DNA of 13,543 nt from Rhodothermales bacterium (GTDB taxonomy: Bacteria; Bacteroidota; Rhodothermia; Rhodothermales; VXPQ01). The notes beneath the pieces are model-generated. The model saw only the letters and a list, made by a program, of their open reading frames with translations. It was not told where the DNA came from and did not search any database. The translations under genes and the position numbers were made by a program. This document shows positions 1-9,165 of the stretch, piece by piece (position 1 is the first letter of the stretch; each line of letters begins with the position of its first letter). The stretch covers positions 7,028 through 20,570 of the forward strand of contig JBBDTI010000076.1 in assembly GCA_040904565.1 (NCBI GenBank), given 5' to 3'.

Positions 1-10
1 TAGGCCTAAT

Positions 11-80
11 GTCGATGCCTTTCGTCGATGCCTTTCGTCGATGCCTTTCGTCGATGCCTTTCGTCGATTCCTTCCGTCGA
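11..80. repeat. 13-bp tandem repeat GTCGATGCCTTTC: 4 perfect copies, 1 degenerate copy and a partial copy
   Basis: Perfect units at 11-23, 24-36, 37-49 and 50-62; GTCGATTCCTTCC at 63-75; GTCGA at 76-80. Confidence 0.97.
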
Positions 81-125
81 GACCGACGTAAAGGACCTCG
101 TTTTGAGCAAAGCCTTTAAGTAACG

Positions 126-167
126 CCGGCCTAATCTATAAGTTCGTAAATTTTATATGGAGGCCGG
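126..167. other. Inverted repeat/hairpin immediately after the map stop codon
   Basis: CCGGCCT (126-132) pairs with AGGCCGG (161-167) around an AT-rich inner stem (TATAAGTT / AATTTTATA). No clear poly-U tail follows. Confidence 0.6.
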
Positions 168-168
168 A

Positions 169-987
169 TCATCCGCATCCGGGGACGCCGACGGCCCTGT
201 AGGGCGCATCGATCACGTCCTCGATGAAGGCGAAGGTGCTGAGAACCTCGGCCTCGCCCCGGCGGACGACGACCATGTGTTCGTAGTGGGCCGAAGGAAG
301 GCGGTCGCCGGTCCGGACGGTCCACCCGTCAGCGTCCGACACGACTTCGTGCGTGCCGAGATTGATCATCGGCTCGATGCAGAGCGTTAGCCCCTCGCGA
401 AGTTTCCGTCCCGTGCCTTTCTTTCCGAAATTCGGTACCTGAGGATCTTCGTGCAGGCTCTTCCCGATGCCGTGCCCGACCAGATCGCGCACCACGCCGT
501 ACCCGCGTTCCTCGCAATAGACCTGCACCGCGTTGGAGATATCGCCGACGCGCCGGCCGGCTACCGCCTGGCCGATCCCTTCATAGAGGGAAGCATACGT
601 CGCCTCGCAGAGTGCCCGCGCATCGTCGGACAGCTCACCGATCGCGAACGTATACGCGTAATCACCATAATATCCGTTCAGACGCACCCCGCAGTCGATC
701 GAGACCAGGTCGCCCTCTTTAAGCGGTTCGTCGTTCGGTATGCCGTGCACGACGACGTCATTCACCGACGTGCAGAGCGTGTTCGGAAATACGAGATCAC
801 CGACCTTATAGCCCTTGAATGCCGGTTCCGCGTCGTGCTTGAGAATGTACGCTTCCGCCACCTCATCCAGCTCGCGCGTCGTCACGCCCGGTTCTATACG
901 CTTCCCGACCTCGGCCAGCGTACGACCTACCAGGTCGGCACTCGCCTTGAGGCGGTCGATTTCGCGCTGGCTTTTAAGGTGAATCAT
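169..987 (-). CDS. map: Type I methionine aminopeptidase
   Basis: 272 aa with CTSVNDVVVHGIP, DLVSIDCG, GHGIGKSLHEDP, CIEPMIN and SAHYEH motifs; canonical position after secY. Confidence 0.98.
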   Translation of the reverse strand: MIHLKSQREIDRLKASADLVGRTLAEVGKRIEPGVTTRELDEVAEAYILKHDAEPAFKGYKVGDLVFPNTLCTSVNDVVVHGIPNDEPLKEGDLVSIDCGVRLNGYYGDYAYTFAIGELSDDARALCEATYASLYEGIGQAVAGRRVGDISNAVQVYCEERGYGVVRDLVGHGIGKSLHEDPQVPNFGKKGTGRKLREGLTLCIEPMINLGTHEVVSDADGWTVRTGDRLPSAHYEHMVVVRRGEAEVLSTFAFIEDVIDAPYRAVGVPGCG

Positions 988-1028
988 TTATCGTTTGAAC
1001 GTTTGGCGGTCCAGTTTTCGAATCGCCC

Positions 1029-2345
1029 CTACATATACCGCCCTCGAACCTTGCCGCTTTTCATGAAGCCGTCGTAGTGGCGCATCAGCAGGTGGCTCTC
1101 GATCTGTTGGAGCGTGTCCAGTGTTACCTGCACGAGAATGAGCAGACTCGTGCCGCCGAAGAACATGGCGAAGCCCTGCGAAACGCCCGCCTGCATGGCA
1201 AAGGCGGGCAGGATGGCGACGAAGCCCAGAAAGAGCGATCCGGGCAGCGTGATCTTGGTTAAGATGTTGTCGATGAACTCGCTCGTCTGCTTACCCGGAC
1301 GGATCCCGGGGATGAAACCGCCCTGGCGTTTCATCGTGTCCGCCATCTCCTTCGGATTGACGGTGATCGCGGTATAGAAGTAGGTAAAGAAGACACAGAT
1401 GACGAAGAAGACGCTGGAATAGCCCCATCCGGAAATATCCGAGAACCAGCGGCCGAACTCCTGCATGAAGGCGCTGTCGGGAAAGAACGAGGCGACCGTC
1501 GCGGGTACGAACATGATCGACTGTGCGAAAATGATCGGCATGACGCCCGCCGCGTTGACGCGAATCGGGAGGTACTGCGTCGTGCCGCCGTACACCTTCC
1601 GGCCGACGACGCGCTTGGCGTACTGGACGGGGATGCGCCGCATGCCCTGAGAGACCAGCACGACACCCAGCATGACGAGCCCCCAGATACCGATTTCAAG
1701 CAGGAAGATGAAGAGGTTGCCCGTCAACGTGAACTCGTTGAAAAACGCCGAGGGCAGGAAGGCGATGATTCCGATCATAATGACGATCGAGATTCCGTTG
1801 CCTATCCCGTTCTCCGTAATGCGTTCGCCGAGCCACATGACGAACACCGTACCGGCCGTCAGCACGATGACGGCCGTAACCATGAAGAAGGTCGGGCCGA
1901 TCACGATAGCCTGTCCCGTCGCCCCGTACTGCAGGTTGATGGCGTAGCCGATAGACTGAAAGGCCGTGATGACGACCGTCCCGTAGCGGGTCAGCTGTGT
2001 GATCTTTCGGCGCCCCTCCTCGCCTTCACGCTGCAGCTTCTGGAAATACGGTAAGACCGCACCGAGAAGCTGGATGATGATCGACGCCGTGATGTAGGGC
2101 ATAATGCCCAGGGCGAAGATGCCGGCCTGACTGAAAGCCCCGCCGACGAACATGTCCAGAAACCCGAAGATGTCATTCGGATTCCCCTGGGCGTTGACCT
2201 CGGCCAGAATACTTGCGTCCACGCCGGGCATGGTGACGAACGCGCCCAGGCGGTATATGAGCAGCAGGCCGAGCGTATAAAGAATACGCCGGCGCAGCTC
2301 CTCGATCTTCCAGATGTTGCGTACGTTCTCGCCAAGACCTGCCAT
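1029..2345 (-). CDS. secY: Preprotein translocase subunit SecY
   Basis: 438 aa membrane protein with IFALGIMPYITASII, WLGERITENGIGNGIS, GGFIPGIRPG and FGGTSLLI motifs. Confidence 0.99.
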   Translation of the reverse strand: MAGLGENVRNIWKIEELRRRILYTLGLLLIYRLGAFVTMPGVDASILAEVNAQGNPNDIFGFLDMFVGGAFSQAGIFALGIMPYITASIIIQLLGAVLPYFQKLQREGEEGRRKITQLTRYGTVVITAFQSIGYAINLQYGATGQAIVIGPTFFMVTAVIVLTAGTVFVMWLGERITENGIGNGISIVIMIGIIAFLPSAFFNEFTLTGNLFIFLLEIGIWGLVMLGVVLVSQGMRRIPVQYAKRVVGRKVYGGTTQYLPIRVNAAGVMPIIFAQSIMFVPATVASFFPDSAFMQEFGRWFSDISGWGYSSVFFVICVFFTYFYTAITVNPKEMADTMKRQGGFIPGIRPGKQTSEFIDNILTKITLPGSLFLGFVAILPAFAMQAGVSQGFAMFFGGTSLLILVQVTLDTLQQIESHLLMRHYDGFMKSGKVRGRYM

Positions 2346-2386
2346 GGTAGAAAATCAGATTAGAGGACCGCGGAGGATCCGGAATG

Positions 2387-2848
2387 TTATTCGACGATCG
2401 TGGCCGTACCGCCGGCGGCTTCGATCTTCTTCTTTGCCGATCCACTGAAGGCGTGCGCCTTGACGGTCAGACCTTCCGACAGATCACCACTGCCGAGGAT
2501 CTTGACGCGATCGGACTTCCGGGCCACTCCGGCATCTACGAGCACCTCGGGCGTAATTTCCGTCGAGCTGTCGATGACGCCCTCTTCGAGAAGGCGGCTG
2601 ATGCGCGAGAGGTTTACGGCGCGGTACTCCGTGCGAAACCTGTTGTTGAAACCGAATTTCGGCAGGCGGCGCTGCAGCGGCATCTGTCCGCCTTCGAACC
2701 AGGCGGGGATGCGGGCACCGGAGCGGCTTTTCTGGCCCTTCGTGCCCTTCGTAGAGCTGTGCCCTCCTTTTCCGGACCCGACGCCGCGGGCGATGCGCTT
2801 CTTCTTGCGAGTAGAGCCCTTGGCGGGCTTCAAATTGGAAAGATCCAT
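2387..2848 (-). CDS. rplO: 50S ribosomal protein L15
   Basis: RGVGSGKG, KGQKSRSG and FEGGQMPLQRRLPKFGF motifs. Confidence 0.99.
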   Translation of the reverse strand: MDLSNLKPAKGSTRKKKRIARGVGSGKGGHSSTKGTKGQKSRSGARIPAWFEGGQMPLQRRLPKFGFNNRFRTEYRAVNLSRISRLLEEGVIDSSTEITPEVLVDAGVARKSDRVKILGSGDLSEGLTVKAHAFSGSAKKKIEAAGGTATIVE

Positions 2849-2927
2849 GGTACCTCTTGGCTAATACGCCCGTCCGCAGACGGACTCGCGAAATGAGTAG
2901 GATGCGTCGATTACAGTTCGAAGCCGT

Positions 2928-3110
2928 TCAGGCCTCGTCGATGTCGACGAGATGCTTCACTTTGATCAGCATGCCCCGAATGGCGGGGCTATCGTCGAGC
3001 TCCACCGTCTGGTGCATCCCCCGGATGCCGAGCGCTTCCAGCGTTCTGCGCTGTCGCCTGGGAGAATCGATGGCCGATTTCGTCTGGGTAATCTTGATTT
3101 TCTTTGCCAT
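2928..3110 (-). CDS. rpmD: 50S ribosomal protein L30
   Basis: 60 aa, MAKKIKITQTKSAI...LEALGI...IRGMLIKVKHLV. Start moved to the ATG at 3110 because the ORF-track extension translates the repeat spacer. Confidence 0.96.
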   Translation of the reverse strand: MAKKIKITQTKSAIDSPRRQRRTLEALGIRGMHQTVELDDSPAIRGMLIKVKHLVDIDEA

Positions 3111-3207
3111 GTCTGGACGGTTGACTGTGGACGGTTGACAGGTGCGTGCAGCCGGCAACGGCGGACGGCTCGGAAAACCGTCGACCGTCGACCGTCAACC
3201 GATTCCG
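3111..3207. repeat. Heptamer-based inverted-repeat spacer element (rpsE-rpmD)
   Basis: Left arm has GGACGGTTGAC twice (3115-3125, 3129-3139). Right arm is ACCGTCG-ACCGTCG-ACCGTCA-ACCG (3177-3201). Inner stem AGCCG/CGGCT. Confidence 0.85.
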
Positions 3208-3732
3208 TTATCCGTTGAACACTTTCTTCAGTGGGATGCCCCTTCGCTTGGCAACCTCTATGGGGTCTTCGAGCTGCTCCAGGGCCTCGATCGTCGCGGC
3301 CACCTGGTTATGCGGGTTGCTCGAACCGAGCGACTTGGACAGAATGTCGCTGATGCCGGCGCATTCCACCACGGCGCGCACGCCGCCCCCCGCGATCACG
3401 CCCGTACCCGGTGCGGCCGGTTTCAGCAGCACCTTGCCGGCGTCCTGCCGGCCTACGACGGGATGCGGGATCGAGCCTCCTTTCAGCGGGACCCGTATCA
3501 GGTTCTTCTTGGCGTCGTCCGTGCCCTTCGAGATCGCGTCCGCGACCTCGTTCGCCTTGCCGAGCCCGGCGCCAACGGTTCCGTTGCCGTCACCTACGAC
3601 GACGACCGCGTTGAATGAAAAACGACGGCCGCCCTTGACGACCTTCGATACGCGCGAAACGGATACGAGCCGCTCCTGCCAGTCCTGGCCCTGCGCCGCC
3701 TGTCGCCGACGATTTCTACTTCCTCTCGCCAT
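3208..3732 (-). CDS. rpsE: 30S ribosomal protein S5
   Basis: [30 protein letters not shown] and [10 protein letters not shown] motifs. Confidence 0.99.
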   Translation of the reverse strand: MARGSRNRRRQAAQGQDWQERLVSVSRVSKVVKGGRRFSFNAVVVVGDGNGTVGAGLGKANEVADAISKGTDDAKKNLIRVPLKGGSIPHPVVGRQDAGKVLLKPAAPGTGVIAGGGVRAVVECAGISDILSKSLGSSNPHNQVAATIEALEQLEDPIEVAKRRGIPLKKVFNG

Positions 3733-3779
3733 TATCCAATTGCCAGATTAATGCGTGTCATTCCGCGTCGCGTCATTGT

Positions 3780-4142
3780 TCAGCACCGGAGGCCGCCCTT
3801 TCGCGCACCTTCCGCCAACGCCTGTACGCGGCCGTGATACCGATAGCCGTTTCTGTCGAAGACGGCACGTTCGATCCCCTTCTCCTTAGCGCGCTCGGCC
3901 AGTGTTTGTCCGACTGCCTTGCCCAGTTCCACCGGCGTCTCGCCCGTTATCCCGTCATCGAGACTGGAAGCGGCGGCAAGCGTAACGCCTTCGCGATCGT
4001 CGATCAGTTGCGCGTAGATATGTTTGTTTGAGCGAAAGACGGACAGTCGGGGCCTCGACGGCGTTCCGTCGATTTTTCCACGAATGCCGCGTTTTACGCG
4101 CCGTCTCCGCTCTTGCTTATGATGCTTTGCCATGGTTTCCAT
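3780..4142 (-). CDS. rplR: 50S ribosomal protein L18 (start may be 4133)
   Basis: [20 protein letters not shown] and [13 protein letters not shown] motifs. Confidence 0.97.
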   Translation of the reverse strand: METMAKHHKQERRRRVKRGIRGKIDGTPSRPRLSVFRSNKHIYAQLIDDREGVTLAAASSLDDGITGETPVELGKAVGQTLAERAKEKGIERAVFDRNGYRYHGRVQALAEGARKGGLRC

Positions 4143-4191
4143 CCGATAAATCAGTATCCAAACCCGTTCCGGCCCGCACGATGCGGTCCAC

Positions 4192-4746
4192 CTACCGGGC
4201 CGCCGTCTTGCCGGCCTTGCGGCGCACGTATTCGTCGACGTACCGCACCCCTTTGCCCTTATAGGGCTCCGGCGGCCGCAGTCCGCGGATCTTCGCCGCC
4301 ACCTGTCCGACCATCTGCTTGTCCGTCCCTTCGATCAGGATGATCGTGTTCTTGCCTCGCTTCGCGTCCACCTCAATGCTTACACCGTTCGGCGGCACGA
4401 AGTAGATCGGGTGAGAGAAGCCGAGTGCCAGCTCGAGTACGCCGTTGTTGACGGTCGCGCGGTAGCCGACGCCGATAACTTCCAGTTCCTTCTTGTAGCC
4501 CTCCGTGACACCGATCACGGCATTATCGATCAGCGAGCGATAGAGGCCGTGAAGCGATTTGTGCCGCTTCTGATCCGTCGCACGATTAACGAGGACCTGG
4601 CCGTCTTTCGACTCGACCGTGATACCGGGGTCAATTTGCACCGACAACTCTCCCTTGGGACCTTTGACGGTCACCAGGTTATTCGCAGCGACGTCTATCG
4701 ATACCTTGTCGCCGAGCTCAATCGGCTGGTTGCCAATACGAGACAT
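4192..4746 (-). CDS. rplF: 50S ribosomal protein L6
   Basis: [17 protein letters not shown] and [13 protein letters not shown] motifs. Confidence 0.99.
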   Translation of the reverse strand: MSRIGNQPIELGDKVSIDVAANNLVTVKGPKGELSVQIDPGITVESKDGQVLVNRATDQKRHKSLHGLYRSLIDNAVIGVTEGYKKELEVIGVGYRATVNNGVLELALGFSHPIYFVPPNGVSIEVDAKRGKNTIILIEGTDKQMVGQVAAKIRGLRPPEPYKGKGVRYVDEYVRRKAGKTAAR

Positions 4747-4804
4747 AATTTCTTCCTGTTGGTCTTGACGTTCTTACGACTACCCGGGACGGGCTACACC
4801 GTAT

Positions 4805-5206
4805 CTAGTACACGTGGGCAAGCACCTCGCCGCCTACGTGCACTTTACGCGCCTCTTTATCCGTCATCATGCCCCTAGAGGTGGACAGGATGGCGACGCC
4901 GAGGCCGTTCTTTACACGTGGCAGGTTATCCGCCCCTACGTACTTACGAAGTCCCGGTGACGAGACGCGCTTCAGCATCCGTATAGCAGGGATGCCATCC
5001 ACATCGTATTTCAGATAGACGCGAATCAGGCCCTGCTTGCCGTCGTCGATGTTCAGGTAGTTACGGATATACCCCTTCTCGAGCAGAATTTGCGTGAGTG
5101 CACGTTTCTGCTTGGAGGCGGGAACGTCCACGTATTTGTGGTTGGCCTGCTGGCCGTTCCGTATACGCGTCAAGTAATCCGAAACCGGATCCGTTATTCC
5201 ACTCAT
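4805..5206 (-). CDS. rpsH: 30S ribosomal protein S8
   Basis: DPVSDYLTRIRN, RVSSPGLRKY, ILSTSRG and GGEVL motifs. Confidence 0.99.
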   Translation of the reverse strand: MSGITDPVSDYLTRIRNGQQANHKYVDVPASKQKRALTQILLEKGYIRNYLNIDDGKQGLIRVYLKYDVDGIPAIRMLKRVSSPGLRKYVGADNLPRVKNGLGVAILSTSRGMMTDKEARKVHVGGEVLAHVY

Positions 5207-5307
5207 ATTACCTTCATTGCTGGTTGCACGTCGCCGGCCGAAACTCGGAGCCCGTGCCGCATGGTGCGGCGCCTGCCCCGGAGCACGTCAACCGGTAACT
5301 GATTGAA
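5207..5307. repeat. Degenerate inverted-repeat spacer (rpsN-rpsH)
   Basis: CTGGTTGCACGT (5220-5231) pairs with ACGTCAACCGG (5285-5295). Inner hairpin GTGCCGCA-TGG-TGCGGCGC. Confidence 0.55.
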
Positions 5308-5577
5308 TTACCAGGATGCTTTGCGAACGCCCGGAATCTTACCCTCCAGGGCCATCTCCCGAAACACGATGCGCGAGACGCCGAAATCGCGCAGGAAGCC
5401 CCGCGTACGCCCGGTCAGCGGGCAGCGGTTGTTCAACCGAACGGGACTCGAATCGCGCGGCAGCTTCTGGAGGCCGACCCAGTCGCCCTCCTCTTTCAGG
5501 CGGCGGCGCCTTTCGGCATATTGCTTTACTAGGCGCTGACGCTTCTTCTCGCGTGCGATCCAACTTTTCTTAGCCAT
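5308..5577 (-). CDS. rpsN: 30S ribosomal protein S14, 89-aa zinc-independent type
   Basis: MAKKS...[19 protein letters not shown]...[11 protein letters not shown]; only one Cys. Confidence 0.98.
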   Translation of the reverse strand: MAKKSWIAREKKRQRLVKQYAERRRRLKEEGDWVGLQKLPRDSSPVRLNNRCPLTGRTRGFLRDFGVSRIVFREMALEGKIPGVRKASW

Positions 5578-5629
5578 AGGGACGAAACACTCTTACTGTT
5601 CGGTACGATGCATGCTGTAGCTCTTCGGA

Positions 5630-6244
5630 TCAGGTCTCTTCGGCCACCGCTTCAGGTTCTTCGGCGGCGTCGGACCCTTCCGTTTTCGGTTCTTCGCGAC
5701 GGACGAACGGCATGCCAAGCGCCTTAAGCAGCGCGTAGGCCTCTTCGTCCGTCTCGGCCGTCGTCACGAACGTCACGTCCATCCCGTCGATCCGCGGCAC
5801 CTTGTCCATGTCGATTTCCGGAAAGATGATCTGTTCCTGCACGCCCAGCGTGTAGTTGCCGCGTCCGTCGAAGCTGCGGTCAGGCACGCCTCGAAAGTCG
5901 CGCACGCGGGGCAGCGCCAGTGTAATGAGGCGGTCGAGGAATTCGTACATGCGGGCGTCGCGAAGCGTCACGCGGCAACCGATCGGCATCCCCTCGCGCA
6001 CCTTGAAGTTCGATATACTCTTGCGCGCTCGTGAAATAGCCGGCTGCTGACCGGTGATCCGGCGAAGCTCGTCTACCGCATTGTCGAGCGCCTTCTGGTT
6101 CTCGGCCGCCTCGCCAACGCCCTTGTTGACGACGATCTTGACCAGGCGCGGCACTTCCATCACGTTATCGTGACCGAAGCGCTTGGAAAGCTCCGGCACG
6201 ATTTCTTCGTGGTACCGCTCTTTAAGTCTTGGGGTGTAAGCCAT
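5630..6244 (-). CDS. rplE: 50S ribosomal protein L5
   Basis: [34 protein letters not shown] and IIFPEI motifs; acidic C-terminal tail. Confidence 0.99.
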   Translation of the reverse strand: MAYTPRLKERYHEEIVPELSKRFGHDNVMEVPRLVKIVVNKGVGEAAENQKALDNAVDELRRITGQQPAISRARKSISNFKVREGMPIGCRVTLRDARMYEFLDRLITLALPRVRDFRGVPDRSFDGRGNYTLGVQEQIIFPEIDMDKVPRIDGMDVTFVTTAETDEEAYALLKALGMPFVRREEPKTEGSDAAEEPEAVAEET

Positions 6245-6326
6245 AATCTTCAGTTGCCGGTTGCCGGTTAACGGTCGTTCGAGCGAGAGGTTATTTCCCT
6301 CGCGATCTATAAACCGTCACCCGTAT
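6245..6326. repeat. Heptamer-based inverted-repeat spacer element (rplX-rplE)
   Basis: Left arm CAGTTGC-CGGTTGC-CGGTTAA-CGGTCGT (6251-6278). Right arm ACCGTCA-CCCGTAT (6313-6326). Inner stem GCGAGAGG/CCCTCGC. Confidence 0.7.
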
Positions 6327-6680
6327 TTATGTAAGCTCTTCGCCGGTAGTTTTTGCATAACGTACCCAATGGCCGCGGCCGGTTTCGGGGTCTTCGATCC
6401 GCTTGCGGCCGACGCGTGTCGGCTCGCCGTTGGTATCGAGAGGCTGCACGTTCGACACGTGAATGGGGACCTCTTTCTCGATGCGTCCTCCCTGCGGATT
6501 GGCCGCGCTCGGCTTCTCGTGATGAAAACGCAGATTCACGCCCTCGACGATCACCCGATTCTTCTCCGGGAAGACGACGAGGATCTTGCCCTCGTATCCC
6601 CGGTAGTTCCCGGCGGTCACGCGGACGGTGTCGCCCTTCTTCACGTGAAGCTTCTTCTGTTTGTTGTGCGTTCTGGGCAT
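6327..6680 (-). CDS. rplX: 50S ribosomal protein L24
   Basis: KOW motif [12 protein letters not shown], plus VIVEGVN and PIHVSNV. Start moved to the ATG at 6680 (MPRTHNKQ). Confidence 0.96.
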   Translation of the reverse strand: MPRTHNKQKKLHVKKGDTVRVTAGNYRGYEGKILVVFPEKNRVIVEGVNLRFHHEKPSAANPQGGRIEKEVPIHVSNVQPLDTNGEPTRVGRKRIEDPETGRGHWVRYAKTTGEELT

Positions 6681-6789
6681 GTCTGGATTTCGGTTGACGG
6701 TGGTCGGTGGCCGGTGGACTGCTCTGGGCGCAAGATGTCGCGTTACCGATCGCGAACCGTCGCCCCTCAACAGCCAACTGTCGACCGTT
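6681..6789. repeat. Heptamer-based inverted-repeat spacer element (rplN-rplX)
   Basis: Left arm CGGTTGA-CGGTGGT-CGGTGGC-CGGTGGA (6691-6718). Right arm ACCGTCG-CCCCTCA-ACAGCCA-ACTGTCG-ACCGTT (6756-6789). Inner stem TCGCG/CGCGA. Confidence 0.8.
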
Positions 6790-7158
6790 CTAAAGTACTT
6801 CCGGTGCTAGCGATACAATGCGCATGAACTCTCTTTCGCGCAGCTCGCGGGCTACGGGCCCGAAGATGCGGGTACCGCGCGGCTCGTCCTGAGGCGTGAG
6901 CAGCACGGCCGCGTTCTCATCAAATCGAATATAGGAGCCGTCTTTCCGCCGGAATTCCTTCTTCGTCCGAACGACCACGGCCGGCGAAATTTCGCCTTTC
7001 TTGACCGCCCCGCCCGGGATGGCGGACTTCACCGACACGATGATCTTGTCGCCGATGCGCGCGTAACGCCGACCGCTGCCGCCCAGCACGCGAATGCAGA
7101 GCACCTCTTTGGCGCCGCTGTTGTCGGCCACGTTAAGTCTTGACTCCTGCTGAATCAT
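6790..7158 (-). CDS. rplN: 50S ribosomal protein L14
   Basis: [17 protein letters not shown]...[13 protein letters not shown]...SLAPEVL. Confidence 0.99.
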   Translation of the reverse strand: MIQQESRLNVADNSGAKEVLCIRVLGGSGRRYARIGDKIIVSVKSAIPGGAVKKGEISPAVVVRTKKEFRRKDGSYIRFDENAAVLLTPQDEPRGTRIFGPVARELREREFMRIVSLAPEVL

Positions 7159-7273
7159 GGCTGTATCTATGTTTGGACGCCTTCAACGACCGGCGCCGGT
7201 GTGTTCTCCAAATATCGTTACGATCACGCGGAGGTCGAATTGACCTCCTCTCGTTCCGTACCATCGGAACGCA

Positions 7274-7549
7274 CTACTTGGCCCGTTCGATCACTTCCGT
7301 CAGACGCCAGCGCTTCTTCTTGCTGAACGGACGCGTCTCTCTGATGCGGACGGTGTCACCCTCGTTCGCATCATTATTTTCGTCGTGTGCCATCAGCTTC
7401 GTCGTCTTCTTGACGAACTTGCCGTAGATCGGATGTTTGATCTGACGCTGCACGGCGACCGAGATGCTCTTCTCCATCTTGTCGCTGACGACCACGCCGA
7501 TACGCTCTTTGCGCATCGTCTGTCGTGCCTGCTGTTCCGTAGCTTCCAT
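7274..7549 (-). CDS. rpsQ: 30S ribosomal protein S17
   Basis: [22 protein letters not shown] and [11 protein letters not shown] motifs. Confidence 0.99.
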   Translation of the reverse strand: MEATEQQARQTMRKERIGVVVSDKMEKSISVAVQRQIKHPIYGKFVKKTTKLMAHDENNDANEGDTVRIRETRPFSKKKRWRLTEVIERAK

Positions 7550-7635
7550 CGGTCTCTAATTCCTTATGACTCTTTTGACCCGAGCGCGGCAGCGAAGCAC
7601 AGGCTTCGCCTCACGAGCGGGGACTGCCGTGCGCA

Positions 7636-7842
7636 TTACGCTTCGGCGGTTTCTCGTTCTTTCTCGTTTTGTATCGTCTTCAAGCGAGCCACCAGACGAC
7701 GCTTCTGGCGAAGCAGCATCGGGTTCTCGATGTGCGCAATGGCGTGCTGGAACTCCAGCTGACGAAGCTGATCTTCCTCTTCGTCGATGCGAGAGCGAAT
7801 CTCGTCGACGCCCAGTTCGCGAATTTCTTTAGCCTTCAACAT
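7636..7842 (-). CDS. rpmC: 50S ribosomal protein L29
   Basis: 68 aa, KAKEIREL...LENP-like IENP...VARLKT; canonical position between rplP and rpsQ. Confidence 0.96.
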   Translation of the reverse strand: MLKAKEIRELGVDEIRSRIDEEEDQLRQLEFQHAIAHIENPMLLRQKRRLVARLKTIQNEKERETAEA

Positions 7843-7871
7843 GGTTTCGGTCGGCTTCGGTGAACGTCGTG

Positions 7872-8312
7872 CTATCGGATGGTCGTCTCGGCGGCACGGA
7901 AGTCCGGTCGCACGACGAATTTCGTCTTAATGGGCAGCTTATGCTGTGCAAGGCGCAGGGCTTCGCGAGCCAGTTCCTCCGAAATACCGCCTCCGATCTC
8001 GAAGAGGACGCGGCCCGGCTTCACCGGCGCCACCCAGAATTCCGGGGAGCCCTTACCCTTACCCATGCGGGTCTCGGCCGGCTTTTTCGTAATCGGCTTG
8101 TCGGGGAAGATGCGAATCCACACCTTTCCGACACGCTTCATGCGGCGCGTCATCGCCACACGGGCCGCTTCGATCTGGCGGCTCGTGATACGACCCGGTT
8201 CCAGCGCTTTAATTCCGAAGTCTCCGAAGCTGATGCGCGTACCCCGGGTCGCATTGCCTTTAAGGCGACCCTTTTGATACTTGCGATGCTTCGTACGCTT
8301 GGGCATTAACAT
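7872..8312 (-). CDS. rplP: 50S ribosomal protein L16
   Basis: [26 protein letters not shown] and RMGKGKG motifs; GAGGAG ribosome-binding site upstream. Confidence 0.99.
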   Translation of the reverse strand: MLMPKRTKHRKYQKGRLKGNATRGTRISFGDFGIKALEPGRITSRQIEAARVAMTRRMKRVGKVWIRIFPDKPITKKPAETRMGKGKGSPEFWVAPVKPGRVLFEIGGGISEELAREALRLAQHKLPIKTKFVVRPDFRAAETTIR

Positions 8313-8378
8313 GGGCGTACTCCTCGATACTTATCGATAATCTCTCTGTATTCGTCTCATTGTTTCCTGCCGGGCCGG

Positions 8379-9110
8379 TCAGGAGCGCTTGCTTCGCCCG
8401 CGCTTGCTCCGGCGCTTGCGGGCCGGCGGCTGCGACTGCTGCATCTGCTGGCGCTGGGCCTGCACGTTCGGACTGAGATCGGGCTGGCCGAGGATCTCGC
8501 CCCGGTAAATCCACACCTTCACTCCGATCGTTCCATAGACCGTGTAGGAAGTCGCCCGCGAATAATCGATGTCGGCACGGATCGTATGCAGCGGCACGCG
8601 GCCTTCGAGATACTGCTCCGTACGCCCCATCTCGGCGCCGCCCAATCGGCCGGCGACGCGTATGCGGATTCCTTCGGCACCCATGCGCATGGCGGCCGTG
8701 ATGGCCTGCTTCATGGCACGACGGAACGATACGCGGCCCTCCAGCTGCTGGGCGATGTTCTGAGCTACCAGGCTGGCATCCAGCTCCGGGCGCTTGATCT
8801 CGCTGATGTTGATCTGGATGTCCTTGTTCGTCAGCTTCTTGAGCTCCTCGCGGAGCTTCTCCACCTCGCTGCCGCCGCGACCGATCACGACGCCCGGACG
8901 ACTGGTGTGGAGCGTAAGAATGACGCGTTTCGGCGTACGCTCGATGACGCACCGGCTCAAGCCGGCACGGCGCAGGCGCGCCGCCAGATAGCGACGTATT
9001 TCCTCGTCCTCAAGGAGCTTCTCCGGCAGATCTTTCTCGGCATACCAGTTGGAGTCCCACCCCTTGATGATGCCCAGACGAAAGCCGACTGGATGCGTTT
9101 TCTGGCCCAA
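8379..9110 (-). CDS. rpsC: 30S ribosomal protein S3 (TTG start)
   Basis: [15 protein letters not shown]-domain [17 protein letters not shown] and [12 protein letters not shown] motifs. Confidence 0.99.
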   Translation of the reverse strand: MGQKTHPVGFRLGIIKGWDSNWYAEKDLPEKLLEDEEIRRYLAARLRRAGLSRCVIERTPKRVILTLHTSRPGVVIGRGGSEVEKLREELKKLTNKDIQINISEIKRPELDASLVAQNIAQQLEGRVSFRRAMKQAITAAMRMGAEGIRIRVAGRLGGAEMGRTEQYLEGRVPLHTIRADIDYSRATSYTVYGTIGVKVWIYRGEILGQPDLSPNVQAQRQQMQQSQPPARKRRSKRGRSKRS

Positions 9111-9165
9111 TGTCTTGTCCTTCCCTTATTGAAATCGTAAGAGTGTCTGTATCTCCTCGTGCGAA

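Noticed and set aside
11-80. Possible CRISPR array
   Set aside because: The units are 13 bp and directly adjacent, with no unique spacers and no cas genes in the window.
81-168. Internal promoter or intrinsic terminator in the AT-rich patch after map
   Set aside because: No properly spaced -35/-10 or TAnnTTTG element was found, and no U-tract follows the stem.
988-1028. Absence of adk between secY and map
   Set aside because: The secY-map order is normal for FCB-group bacteria.
2849-2927. Hammerhead ribozyme in a three-stem spacer
   Set aside because: No CUGANGA core was found on either strand.
5308-5577. Zinc-independent S14 at the operon locus
   Set aside because: The 89-aa form lacking the zinc ribbon is common in Bacteroidota and relatives.
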